A stretch of DNA of 64,000 nt, taken from an uncultured Pseudomonadota bacterium. GTDB lineage: Bacteria; Myxococcota_A; UBA796; CAJQPC01. Position 1 is the first letter of the stretch. Each line of letters starts with the position of its first letter. Position numbers and translations under genes: made by a program. The notes under the pieces were generated by a model that did not search any database, was not told the DNA's origin, and worked only from the letters and a program-made list of their open reading frames with translations. Of the stretch, positions 1-7,656 are shown piece by piece. The stretch is taken from contig CAJXRZ010000001.1 of the NCBI GenBank assembly GCA_913060515.1, forward strand, positions 51,478 to 115,477. The letters run 5' to 3'.

Positions 1-1065
1 CGTGAAGACACAGTTCTCTACAACAATACCGCCAGACACTTCGGATTCAATAGACAGTGCAAAGCCTGCGTTTCCGCTGAGTGTCACGCCGGAGAGGATG
101 GCCTCGCCTTCGTCCAACTCAAGGGCACCGTAGCTGTAGTCGGGGGTGCCATCTCGGTCCCCAGCGTCGGAGATTTTGGTGTAGTACAGCTCGCTGACGA
201 TGGCGCCGCCGTTGCGAATGGTCAGACCCTTCCAGAAGCCTGGCAGGGCTTGCGCGCCTTGAATGACCACCCCTTCGGTCTCGGTGCCCATGGAGAGCAG
301 CTGGCCGGTCTCGTCTACATCAAACCTCGAGTCCTCGTGCATGGTGAGGGTCAGGCCCGGGGAGAGGGTCAGCGCGGCATCGATGTTCCAGTCGTAGCGG
401 AAGGATGCAAAGTCCAGCGCCGGGAGGACGCCATCGCTCGCAAGGTCCCCATCTTCCAGAAGCACCACGCCCCCGTCCATCTCCAGCGCGCCGCTGAGTC
501 CGGTTCCTTGCTGAAGTCCGAGCAAGGCCGGGGTCGCCGCGCCATAGATGGCCAAGCCCTCGATGACCACGGGTGCGGTCGCACTGTGCGCGTAGAAGCC
601 GTACTCGGTGCTCTGCTCAATCCACAGGTCCGTGCCTGTGATGCTGCCGCCCGTCAGGTGCACGCCTGCATGCACGCCCCCGTAGGAGGTGTCGCCGCCA
701 CCGATGACCGTAAGCTTGTTGAAGGTCATCTCGCCGTCGACGAAGAGGCCGAACCAGGAGTCCACGTCGTCGCTTTGTCCCTGGAGGACCACGCCGACTT
801 CGTTGCCCTGGACGTCCAGGCTGCCGCTTGTGCGCACCTCGATCCACATTCCAGCCGCCACGAAGACTTCCACCCCATCTTCAAGGACCACATCCCCGTC
901 AATGTCCAAGTCTTCGTTCAGCAGGTAGCAACCGGCTGTCAGGGTGCCTCCTGTGCTGAGCTCCGCTGTGTCGATGACGATGCAGTCTGCGGTGGGGTCT
1001 TCTTCGACGGCCTTGTCACAGCCCACCAGTAGGGCGGCCAAGACAAGAAGGGATCGTTGGGTCAT
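1..1065 (-). CDS. Secreted lipoprotein with right-handed parallel beta-helix repeats; 3' end runs off the window
   Basis: Minus-strand reading frame from ATG at 1065 (GGAG SD 6-9 nt upstream) translates MTQRSLLVLAALLVGCDKAVEEDP... with a lipobox (LVGC) and diverse, GC3-rich codons. The plus-strand ORF 250..1032 has H/R-rich antisense-like composition. No stop in window, so absent from the ORF track. Confidence 0.6.
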   Translation of the reverse strand, partial: MTQRSLLVLAALLVGCDKAVEEDPTADCIVIDTAELSTGGTLTAGCYLLNEDLDIDGDVVLEDGVEVFVAAGMWIEVRTSGSLDVQGNEVGVVLQGQSDDVDSWFGLFVDGEMTFNKLTVIGGGDTSYGGVHAGVHLTGGSITGTDLWIEQSTEYGFYAHSATAPVVIEGLAIYGAATPALLGLQQGTGLSGALEMDGGVVLLEDGDLASDGVLPALDFASFRYDWNIDAALTLSPGLTLTMHEDSRFDVDETGQLLSMGTETEGVVIQGAQALPGFWKGLTIRNGGAIVSELYYTKISDAGDRDGTPDYSYGALELDEGEAILSGVTLSGNAGFALSIESEVSGGIVVENCVFT

Positions 1066-1163
1066 GCTGTCTCCATGGTTCGCCGTTGATACGGCAGACA
1101 GCGCGATCTGAACCGAAAGCTTATCGAAATACCCAGAATACTGGGCAAAGCTCAGTTTTCTGG

Positions 1164-3479
1164 CTAACCGAAGCGCGGTCGATTCCGAACTTGGGTGATC
1201 CAGAAGCGCAGGGCCAGGGACGGTGTTGTCTGAGGGAGATTCAGCAGGGTCTCTGCACCTTCTTGGTCCCCCTCGCTCAGGCAGTGCTCCAGCTTCCAAG
1301 CTCGGAACACAAGCTCCGCAAGTGAGGTCCCGTCGACCATCTTCATGCCTTGGAGCGCCCGCCGTACCGGAAGCTGTGTACTAGCCCCGCCAAGGCGTAG
1401 CTGGTAAATGCAGAGCAGGTCTTGGAAGAGCAAGCGCAGCGCTGGGTTTCGATCGGCCGCACCCACGTCCAGGAAAGGCTTGGCGCCCGCCTCGTCGCCC
1501 AACAGCAGCAGCCAGAGACCCGCGCGACTCACCGCCCACCCGCTCAGACCGGCCTTGATAGTGCTCTGCCCCACCGCGCGGTAGGCAGCGATTGCCCCCT
1601 CCGTGTCCCCGTTGGCCCCCAGGCTCGCCGCCAGGGCCTGTCGCGCTGTGAGAGCCAACCCGACCAGTCCGCCATCTTGGAAGGCGTCCATCAAGTCTCG
1701 CAGCAGGGCCTCTGCAGCCAGGTGCTCGCCGCGACGCTGTTGGGCCTGGGCGATGAAGAGACCGAGGAGGTCGACCAGGAGCCTGTGCTTGGGGAATTCT
1801 TGCTGCAGCGCGGTCGCGCTGGCCACGGGGTCCGCTGCCTCACGAACCAGCACGAGCTGCCGCAAAGGCTCCAGATGGGCCGCTTGGGTTTGCTTCGGCA
1901 CGTGCTTGGCAGGTTGAAACGCACCAGGCAGCCAAGCGTGGCAATGCAAGAACAGGGCGCGCACCGCGAATGCCTCCGTGACCTCTTTCAGCGCCTGGGA
2001 GATCTGTTGTTCTGTCGCGTTGTGACCGATGAAGCCCCCGAGCAATACCAGCTCTGGTGCGCCCGGAACACGCCGCTGAGCGATGCGCCAGGCCGCAGCG
2101 TAGAACTGGAATGGCCCGCTCAGGTAGGAGAAGAGAAGCATGGTCCAGAGCAGGTGTGGGAGCTCGCTCTCCGGCGCACTCTCCATGATCTCCAGCAGGT
2201 CCTCCAGGTACCGGCGCATCTCCTGCAGCACGGTCGCGGGGCGCAACATCACCTTGTCGGCCGCATCCAGAAAGCGGTCTGTCAGCCACACTTGGTAGCC
2301 CTTCTTCGCAGCGTCGGTCTGCTTGGGGTAGTGCTGCGCAAGGAAGCTGCGCAGTGGCGTTGAGCATCGCCAGCCTTGGTCCTGTGGGAGCAGCAAGGAG
2401 TGCCGCGCCAGCTCGATGCTGGCCGCCCGTCCAGTCGGTCCAAGCCAGCTCTCCAGGCTGCGCGCCGGTACGCCGTCCCGGGTTGCAGCCAGCTTGATTA
2501 GGGTTTGGAGGAGCTCGGGTGTCAGGGCGCTGACGCTGCGCTGGATGGCGTGCTCCAGGGCGGGCGCCTCGCGGAGCACCCCTGCCTCCAGGGCCTCCAT
2601 CAACGAGGTCACGCCGAAGGGGCGCCCGGTGGCGACCTCTATGGCCAGTGGTGAGCCTTCGACCAGCGCTAAGAAGCGATCCAGAAGGTCTGGGGTCAGG
2701 TCTTCTTCCCATCGGCTGGCCGCCAAGCAGGTGGAGGCAAAGGCACGGCCCTGCTCTTTGGAGAGCCCTCCAAGCGGGTAGACCGCCTCGTCTGGGCGGC
2801 CCAGGTCCCGGCGACTGGTGATCAAGAAGTGGTGGTCGGGCAGGCCATCGATGATGCGCGCCACGGTGGGAAGCACGCCCTCGGCCTCGTCCAGGATGAT
2901 GAGCAGCCGGTGGCCCTTGAGGGCCTGCGCGACACCGACTAGACCGCCCTCGAAGGTGTTGGTCGCCAGGAGCAAGGCGCGTATCGCTGCGTCGGCATCC
3001 TGTACCCCGGCCAACGACACATAAACCCGAGCGCCAACGTGTTCGCGCGCCAGCCGAAGGGCCAAGCGTGTCTTTCCACTTCCTCCAGGCCCAGAGAGGG
3101 TCACCACCCGCCAGCCGCCGTCCAAGAGGGCCTGAAGTCGGCGCTCGTCTTCAAGTCGCGGAAAATAGGGCCGAGCGAAGCTTGGCAGAGCCCCCAAGGT
3201 GTTCTCGATGGGGATCCGGTAGCCGGCGCTGCGCACGTTCTCGATGCGGCAGTGAGGAGTCAGCTTCCGGCGCAGGTTTCTCAGAGTGACGGGGACCGTC
3301 TCAGAGCGAACCCCAGGCGCCATCCCCCAGAGCGCCTCCGCCAGCTCCTCCTTGGGCACCAAGCTGCCTGCCCTGGCCAGCAGGTAGGCGAACACTTGGG
3401 CTTCCTTGGGACTAAGCTGTGCTGACCCATCCGGGCTGTTGAAGCGCCGGTTTGGCTGGTCAAAGGACCAGTGGCCCAT
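1164..3479 (-). CDS. Transcriptional regulator: N-terminal OmpR/PhoB-type winged helix (trans_reg_C) fused to STAND/NB-ARC-like P-loop NTPase and C-terminal TPR-like region
   Basis: wHTH motif LSPKEAQVFAYLLARAGSLVPKEELAEALWG...VTLRNLRRKL...VRSAGYRI; Walker A LSGPGGSGKTRLAL; long helical C-terminus. ORF track start at 3611 overlaps the upstream gene; internal ATG 3479 (MGHWSF...) or a nearby alternative start is more likely. Confidence 0.75.
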   Translation of the reverse strand: MGHWSFDQPNRRFNSPDGSAQLSPKEAQVFAYLLARAGSLVPKEELAEALWGMAPGVRSETVPVTLRNLRRKLTPHCRIENVRSAGYRIPIENTLGALPSFARPYFPRLEDERRLQALLDGGWRVVTLSGPGGSGKTRLALRLAREHVGARVYVSLAGVQDADAAIRALLLATNTFEGGLVGVAQALKGHRLLIILDEAEGVLPTVARIIDGLPDHHFLITSRRDLGRPDEAVYPLGGLSKEQGRAFASTCLAASRWEEDLTPDLLDRFLALVEGSPLAIEVATGRPFGVTSLMEALEAGVLREAPALEHAIQRSVSALTPELLQTLIKLAATRDGVPARSLESWLGPTGRAASIELARHSLLLPQDQGWRCSTPLRSFLAQHYPKQTDAAKKGYQVWLTDRFLDAADKVMLRPATVLQEMRRYLEDLLEIMESAPESELPHLLWTMLLFSYLSGPFQFYAAAWRIAQRRVPGAPELVLLGGFIGHNATEQQISQALKEVTEAFAVRALFLHCHAWLPGAFQPAKHVPKQTQAAHLEPLRQLVLVREAADPVASATALQQEFPKHRLLVDLLGLFIAQAQQRRGEHLAAEALLRDLMDAFQDGGLVGLALTARQALAASLGANGDTEGAIAAYRAVGQSTIKAGLSGWAVSRAGLWLLLLGDEAGAKPFLDVGAADRNPALRLLFQDLLCIYQLRLGGASTQLPVRRALQGMKMVDGTSLAELVFRAWKLEHCLSEGDQEGAETLLNLPQTTPSLALRFWITQVRNRPRFG

Positions 3480-3546
3480 GTGCTCGATCTCCGGTGGCCC
3501 AAGAGTGTAGCCGCAGTTGAGGTGACGCGCGGCTAGGGGCAGCTCC

Positions 3547-3996
3547 TTAGAGCGTGTCCAGGGCCAGCGCCTCCATCTCCTCGTGGCCGTCACGCCCTTG
3601 GCCTTCGCCAACGCGCTCCAGGTTCTGATCGATGACGATGTACTGGGGGCGACCTACGCCGGTGCGCCAGGCGTCCCATGCGATCTCGTCGGCGTCGTAG
3701 AGGACCGGGAAGCTCAGGCCGAGCTCGTCCACCCACTGGGCGTTCTCCTCGGGGGAGTCTGCGCGCAGCGCGGTGATGACCGTCAGGCCCAGGTCTTTGT
3801 TTTCGCTGTAGAAAGTCTCGGTATCTGGAGCCAGATCCCTACACGTTCCTCACCAAAAGGCGGACAGGTCCAGCAGAATCACGTCCCCCTGGAAGTCCGA
3901 GAGGGAGACGTCTTCCCCCAGGTGGTTGGGGAGCGTGAAGTCACCTGCGATGGCGTCTTGGGCGGGCTCGGCGCAGGCGAGCAGGAGCAGGAACAT
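3547..3996 (-). CDS. TlpA/ResA-like thioredoxin-fold thiol:disulfide oxidoreductase lipoprotein; predicted selenoprotein with Sec encoded by in-frame TGA at 3850-3852, redox motif W-U-G-T-C
   Basis: Track ORFs 3850..4083 and 3547..3732 are in the same frame (351 nt apart) and interrupted only by one TGA. Read-through gives MFLLLLACAEP...GDVILLDLSAFW[U]GTCRDLAPDTETFYSENKDLGLTVITALRADSPEENAQWVDELGLSFPVLYDADEIAWDAWRTGVGRPQYIVIDQNLERV... ATG 3996 has a GAGG SD about 7 nt upstream; lipobox LLLLAC. GC3 bias continues across the TGA. Confidence 0.6.
3807..3843 (-). other. Candidate bacterial SECIS-like stem-loop immediately 3' of the UGA (mRNA offsets +7 to +43)
   Basis: mRNA UGA-GGAACG-UGUAG-GG-AUCUG-GCUC-CAGAU-A-CC-GAGACUUU-CUACA: inner 5-bp stem AUCUG/CAGAU with tetraloop GCUC, extended by GG/CC, and an outer stem UGUAG/CUACA. 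Folded by eye only. Confidence 0.3.
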
Positions 3997-4052
3997 GGTG
4001 ACCTCGGTTGCAGGAGTGACGCCACTGGCCGGGAAAAGTTGCTGTGGGGTGA

Positions 4053-4547
4053 ATGGATTGGGTGTGCTTGCGTCTGTTCTCACTTCTCGGAGTCCCCTTG
4101 TTTGAGACCCTCTACCTGGCTGCCGCGCTCCTGCTGCTGTGTGTGGTGGTCGCCCTTGTGGCTGCGGTTGGCTTGGTCTGGTCCGTGGTGACCCGGCGCT
4201 GGGTAGGGGCGCTGGCCTTTGGCTTGCCGCTGCTCGTGGCGTCCCCCGGCTTGGTGTTCATCGGCGGAGTGGCGCGGATCTACCGAGTTCCGGACTGGTC
4301 GGGGCCCGTGGAGCTGGGCGAGCGCTATGCAGGGGGTGGGCAGGGTCTGGAGCTTCAGCAAGACGGCCGCTACGCCTGGGATGCAGGCGAGACTGGGACC
4401 TGGTCCTTTGAGCCCACGACAGGGCCCGATCTGACCCCGCACGCTGGCACGCTCACTCTGACCTCGCAGGCGGGTGAGCTTCGAGAGCTGGGGGCGCGCT
4501 GGGATGACGCCATCGGCGATCGCGGGCAGCTACTCCGGCTGCAGTAG
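4053..4547 (+). CDS. Hypothetical membrane protein with N-terminal TM segment
   Basis: GC3-rich frame; hydrophobic segment LYLAAALLLLCVVVALVAAVGLVWSVV. The start may instead be TTG 4098, which has a GGAG SD 5 nt upstream. Divergent from the thioredoxin gene. Confidence 0.5.
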   Translation: MDWVCLRLFSLLGVPLFETLYLAAALLLLCVVVALVAAVGLVWSVVTRRWVGALAFGLPLLVASPGLVFIGGVARIYRVPDWSGPVELGERYAGGGQGLELQQDGRYAWDAGETGTWSFEPTTGPDLTPHAGTLTLTSQAGELRELGARWDDAIGDRGQLLRLQ

Positions 4548-4841
4548 GGAGAGCACCCGCTCCAAGACCTGCTCCTTCTCCCCCTTGGCATCGACGATCC
4601 ACACCCGCTCATCTCCCGGGAACTGAAGGCTCACGCCCTCGCCCGAGCAGACGCCCAGGCAGTCCACCGTGGCCACGCGAATCTGACTGCGCCACAGCCC
4701 ACGGTCCTTGAGTTCCTGCTTCAGAAAACGTCTCAAGTCCTCGCTGCCCAAGGGGCCGCAGCTGGGGTTCTGGGCGCCCGGCTTTCTGTGCATGCCGCAG
4801 ACCAGGACCAGGCTCGGCGAGGCGGGTGGCACACACTTCAT
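4530..4841 (-). CDS. Thioredoxin-like [2Fe-2S] ferredoxin family protein (103 aa)
   Basis: MKCVPPASPSLVLVCGMHRKPGAQNPSCGP...VDCLGVCSGEGVSLQFPGDERVWIV with C-x8-C...C-x3-C cysteine spacing. It is the real C-terminal part of track ORF 4530..5918. ATG 4841 overlaps the pfkA stop (ATGA). Confidence 0.7.
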   Translation of the reverse strand: MKCVPPASPSLVLVCGMHRKPGAQNPSCGPLGSEDLRRFLKQELKDRGLWRSQIRVATVDCLGVCSGEGVSLQFPGDERVWIVDAKGEKEQVLERVLSLLQPE

Positions 4842-5911
4842 ACGGCCAAGACCCCGGCGATGTTCTCCATCATCTGCACCCTGCGTTTGGTGGTGGGGTG
4901 GCTGCCGTCCAAGAGGGACTCGGTGCGGGACTCGACCAGGGAGAGGGGGTAGTGCCACACGGCCGCGTCGGGGGTTGGGGTGCCGCCTTGGGTGTCCCAG
5001 GGTTGCCAGCCCAGCATCACGCCACCGGTGCCCGCCATGGCCAACTCCAGGGCTTGGAATGCCAGACGGCCCGCCAGGGCGCGGTCTTGGTAGGAGGGTT
5101 GTCCGCCGCGCACCAGGTGACCCAGCACAGTCGCGCGCACGCTGACCCCCGGCAGCTCCTGATCCACGTAGCTCTGCAGGGTCTCGCAGAGCTCTTGGGT
5201 GCCCATGCGCACGCCCTCGGCCTTGATGATCAGGATGCGCTGCTTGCCCCGGGTGGGATCCAGGCCCTTGGAGATGATCTCCTTGAGCTCGGCCACCCGC
5301 TCCGCGTCCGTCTTGCCGCTCTCTCGGTATAGGCAGGCGTCCGCCCCCGAGGCCACGCTGCTGGCCATGGCCAAGTAGCCGCAGTGGCGTCCCATGACCT
5401 CGACGACGAAGACCCTGCGGTGGGCCCGTGCGGTATCTGAGATGCGATCGCAGGCGCCGACGATGGTGTTCAGCGCGGTGTCTACTCCAATGGCGTTGCT
5501 GGTACAGGCGATGTCGTTGTCGATGCTGGCGGGAATCCCCACCACGCACACACCAGACTCCTCGCCCAGGCGCCTGGCGCCGGCCAGGGATCCGTTTCCG
5601 CCAATGACGACCAGGGCATCCAGGTCCGCCAGGTTTGCCGCCGCTTGGGCGCGGCCTTCCACGGTGCGGAAGCGCTCGGAGCGCGCCGAGCCCAAGATGG
5701 TGCCGCCCAGGTTGGAGATGGTGTCCACGTCGCGGGGAGTCAGGATCTGCCGGCGGTTGGCCATCAGCCCTTCGTAGCCGCCTACAAAGCCGACGGTCTG
5801 CACCCCGCGGCGGGCTGCGAGCTTGGTGAAGGCGTACAGGGCTGTGTTCATGCCGGGGGCGTCGCCGCCGCTGGTCAAGACCCCGATCCTGGGCATGGCG
5901 ATCTTGGGCAT
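4838..5911 (-). CDS. pfkA: ATP-dependent 6-phosphofructokinase
   Basis: GVLTSGGDAPGMN, VVIGGNGSL, GIPASIDND, MGRHCGYLA: classic PfkA motifs. Has a C-terminal extension of about 40 aa. Confidence 0.9.
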   Translation of the reverse strand: MPKIAMPRIGVLTSGGDAPGMNTALYAFTKLAARRGVQTVGFVGGYEGLMANRRQILTPRDVDTISNLGGTILGSARSERFRTVEGRAQAAANLADLDALVVIGGNGSLAGARRLGEESGVCVVGIPASIDNDIACTSNAIGVDTALNTIVGACDRISDTARAHRRVFVVEVMGRHCGYLAMASSVASGADACLYRESGKTDAERVAELKEIISKGLDPTRGKQRILIIKAEGVRMGTQELCETLQSYVDQELPGVSVRATVLGHLVRGGQPSYQDRALAGRLAFQALELAMAGTGGVMLGWQPWDTQGGTPTPDAAVWHYPLSLVESRTESLLDGSHPTTKRRVQMMENIAGVLAV

Positions 5912-5943
5912 GGCACACTCCTGGGGCAGGAGTCTACGTCACC

Positions 5944-6498
5944 ATGCAGCTGAGCTTCCCCCCCGATGTGCTGCGCCCGGTCGGCACCGAGCAGGTTGAG
6001 CGCGCCCACGAGCTGGCCGCCAAGAGTCCAAGGGACCGGGCCATCGTGCGCTACCACGCCCACAGCGACCTGGTTCAGCGCATGCTCAACGCCCTGCGCC
6101 GCGACACCTACGTGCCCGTGCACCGACACGTGGACCCAGACAAGGTCGAGGTCTTTCTGGCGCTGGAAGGCCACTGTGCGGTGTGCCGCTTTGACGATGC
6201 GGGGGCTCTGATCGAGGTGGCCCACATCTCCCCTGAAGGCCCCCTTCGCGGAGTGGAGATTCCTCCTGGAACGTGGCACACGGTGGTGTGTTTGAGCGAG
6301 AGAGCTCTGCTCTACGAGATCATCGAGGGCCCCTACACGGTCACCAACCACAAACGTCAGGCACCCTTCTCCCCCGACGAGGGCACTGAGGCGGCGGTGC
6401 AGTGGATGGCCGCCTTACGCGCTCAGGTCTCGGCCTTTGACGGGCCACCTTCGCAACAGGGCCAGTCGGCCGGCGCTGGCCCAGATCAGCACAGATGA
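5944..6498 (+). CDS. WbuC-family cupin fold metalloprotein
   Basis: RYHAHSDLVQRMLNALRRDTYVPVHRH and the overall 180-aa architecture typical of the WbuC cupin family. Divergent from pfkA. Confidence 0.7.
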   Translation: MQLSFPPDVLRPVGTEQVERAHELAAKSPRDRAIVRYHAHSDLVQRMLNALRRDTYVPVHRHVDPDKVEVFLALEGHCAVCRFDDAGALIEVAHISPEGPLRGVEIPPGTWHTVVCLSERALLYEIIEGPYTVTNHKRQAPFSPDEGTEAAVQWMAALRAQVSAFDGPPSQQGQSAGAGPDQHR

Positions 6499-7098
6499 GG
6501 TGAGCTGCACCAAGGCGATGCCCAGGGCTGCTTGGGTCAAAGCCTCGGTCTGGTCGGCCCCCATGCCGGCTTCGAGCTGTCGCTGGGTGAGCCCTGGCAC
6601 GTAGACCTGCATCCCGGCTTGGGCCGCGAAGCCCAGGGTGGCGACCCACGTCCAGATCTGGTTCAGGTGGCGGGTGGAGAGCAGCACGACCACAGCCATG
6701 AACAAGAGACGGAAGGCCACGTCTACGTAGGTCAGAGCGGCCGCCAAGGACTCGGGTATCAAGCCCGCCAGACCCGCGAGCAGGAGCAGCACATAGGCGG
6801 CGCCCGTGCCCAGCAGGAGCGTGTGGTGGGCGCCACCAAGGGCGCGCCCGTAGTAGCGGAGCAGCAAGAAGCCGGTGCCTACTTTGTAGAGCCCCAGGGG
6901 CACCTCGATGCTGCTGATGTCGACACCGTCGAGGAGCTCCGGTCCCATGAAGGCCACAGCACCGACGATGAAGCTGAGCAGAATTTCGTGGGCCACCAAA
7001 GCCAAGAAGCCGCCGCTCAGGCTGCGCTCAATGGTGCGCTCAGGGCTCTCCGGAGGGAGCGCGGTGACGCCGGGGTTCTGGTAGGGGTTGCTGCTCAT
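6415..7098 (-). CDS. Multi-pass membrane protein, Yip1-like (putative)
   Basis: Five predicted hydrophobic helices. 7 nt downstream of lipoprotein gene 7106..7627 on the same strand. 84-nt convergent overlap with the cupin gene end. Confidence 0.5.
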   Translation of the reverse strand: MSSNPYQNPGVTALPPESPERTIERSLSGGFLALVAHEILLSFIVGAVAFMGPELLDGVDISSIEVPLGLYKVGTGFLLLRYYGRALGGAHHTLLLGTGAAYVLLLLAGLAGLIPESLAAALTYVDVAFRLLFMAVVVLLSTRHLNQIWTWVATLGFAAQAGMQVYVPGLTQRQLEAGMGADQTEALTQAALGIALVQLTSSVLIWASAGRLALLRRWPVKGRDLSA

Positions 7099-7105
7099 GG
7101 GGACT

Positions 7106-7627
7106 TCAGCGCGGCGCCATCATCGCTTGCATGGCGTCCACGCCCGAGGCCACATCGCTGCTGAACACCCCGGCTTGCCCTGCGTCAAAGGCAGCGCGCC
7201 AGGTCTGGTAGCCCTCCATGCTCTCCGCGGAGATCTCCGCGCCGGTGGACTCCACGGCGATCACGCTGCTCTCCACGGCGCTCTGGCTGAAGGGCAGGTG
7301 GCCCGCTCCTTCCATCTCCTTCTTCTCCGGGTCGGCCGGGTTGGGAATGTGCAGGCCGTCCAGGCTGATGTGCACGTAGCCACCTTGCACGGGGTGCTGC
7401 TCCAAGCGCAGGACCGTCAGCCGCGAGGCCTCCTCGCCCGGGCGTGTCTTGTAGGTCCAGACTTGGCCCACGCGCAGCGCACCCAGAGCCTCCACTTCCT
7501 TCAGGCCCTGCTGGGAGAGTGGGACTTCTCCGCTGGCGACCTGGGTCTCGCCGGAGATGCTGAGCTGGCCGTTGGCTTGCTCGAGAGTTGGAAGATCGGG
7601 CGTGCAGGCAAGGAGGAGGAAGAGCAT
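7106..7627 (-). CDS. Hypothetical lipoprotein
   Basis: MLFLLLACTPDLP short lipoprotein signal; GC3-rich frame. Confidence 0.6.
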   Translation of the reverse strand: MLFLLLACTPDLPTLEQANGQLSISGETQVASGEVPLSQQGLKEVEALGALRVGQVWTYKTRPGEEASRLTVLRLEQHPVQGGYVHISLDGLHIPNPADPEKKEMEGAGHLPFSQSAVESSVIAVESTGAEISAESMEGYQTWRAAFDAGQAGVFSSDVASGVDAMQAMMAPR

Positions 7628-7656
7628 GGAGACAGTCTATCGGTCTTGGTGCTGCG

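Noticed and set aside
250-1032. 260-aa plus-strand ORF at the window start
   Set aside because: H/R/G-rich antisense-like composition. The opposite strand encodes a convincing lipoprotein with SD, lipobox and beta-helix repeats.
3547-4083. Interpretation of the split thioredoxin ORFs as a simple nonsense pseudogene
   Set aside because: Not fully excluded. It is disfavoured because the only lesion is a single TGA exactly at the catalytic Cys position, with intact frame, coding bias and a downstream hairpin. Kept as the alternative in the finding.
4530-5918. 462-aa minus-strand ORF overlapping pfkA
   Set aside because: It is in a different frame from pfkA and is Arg/Pro/Gly-rich over most of its length. 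Only its last 103 codons (4530..4841) look like a real gene (the ferredoxin).
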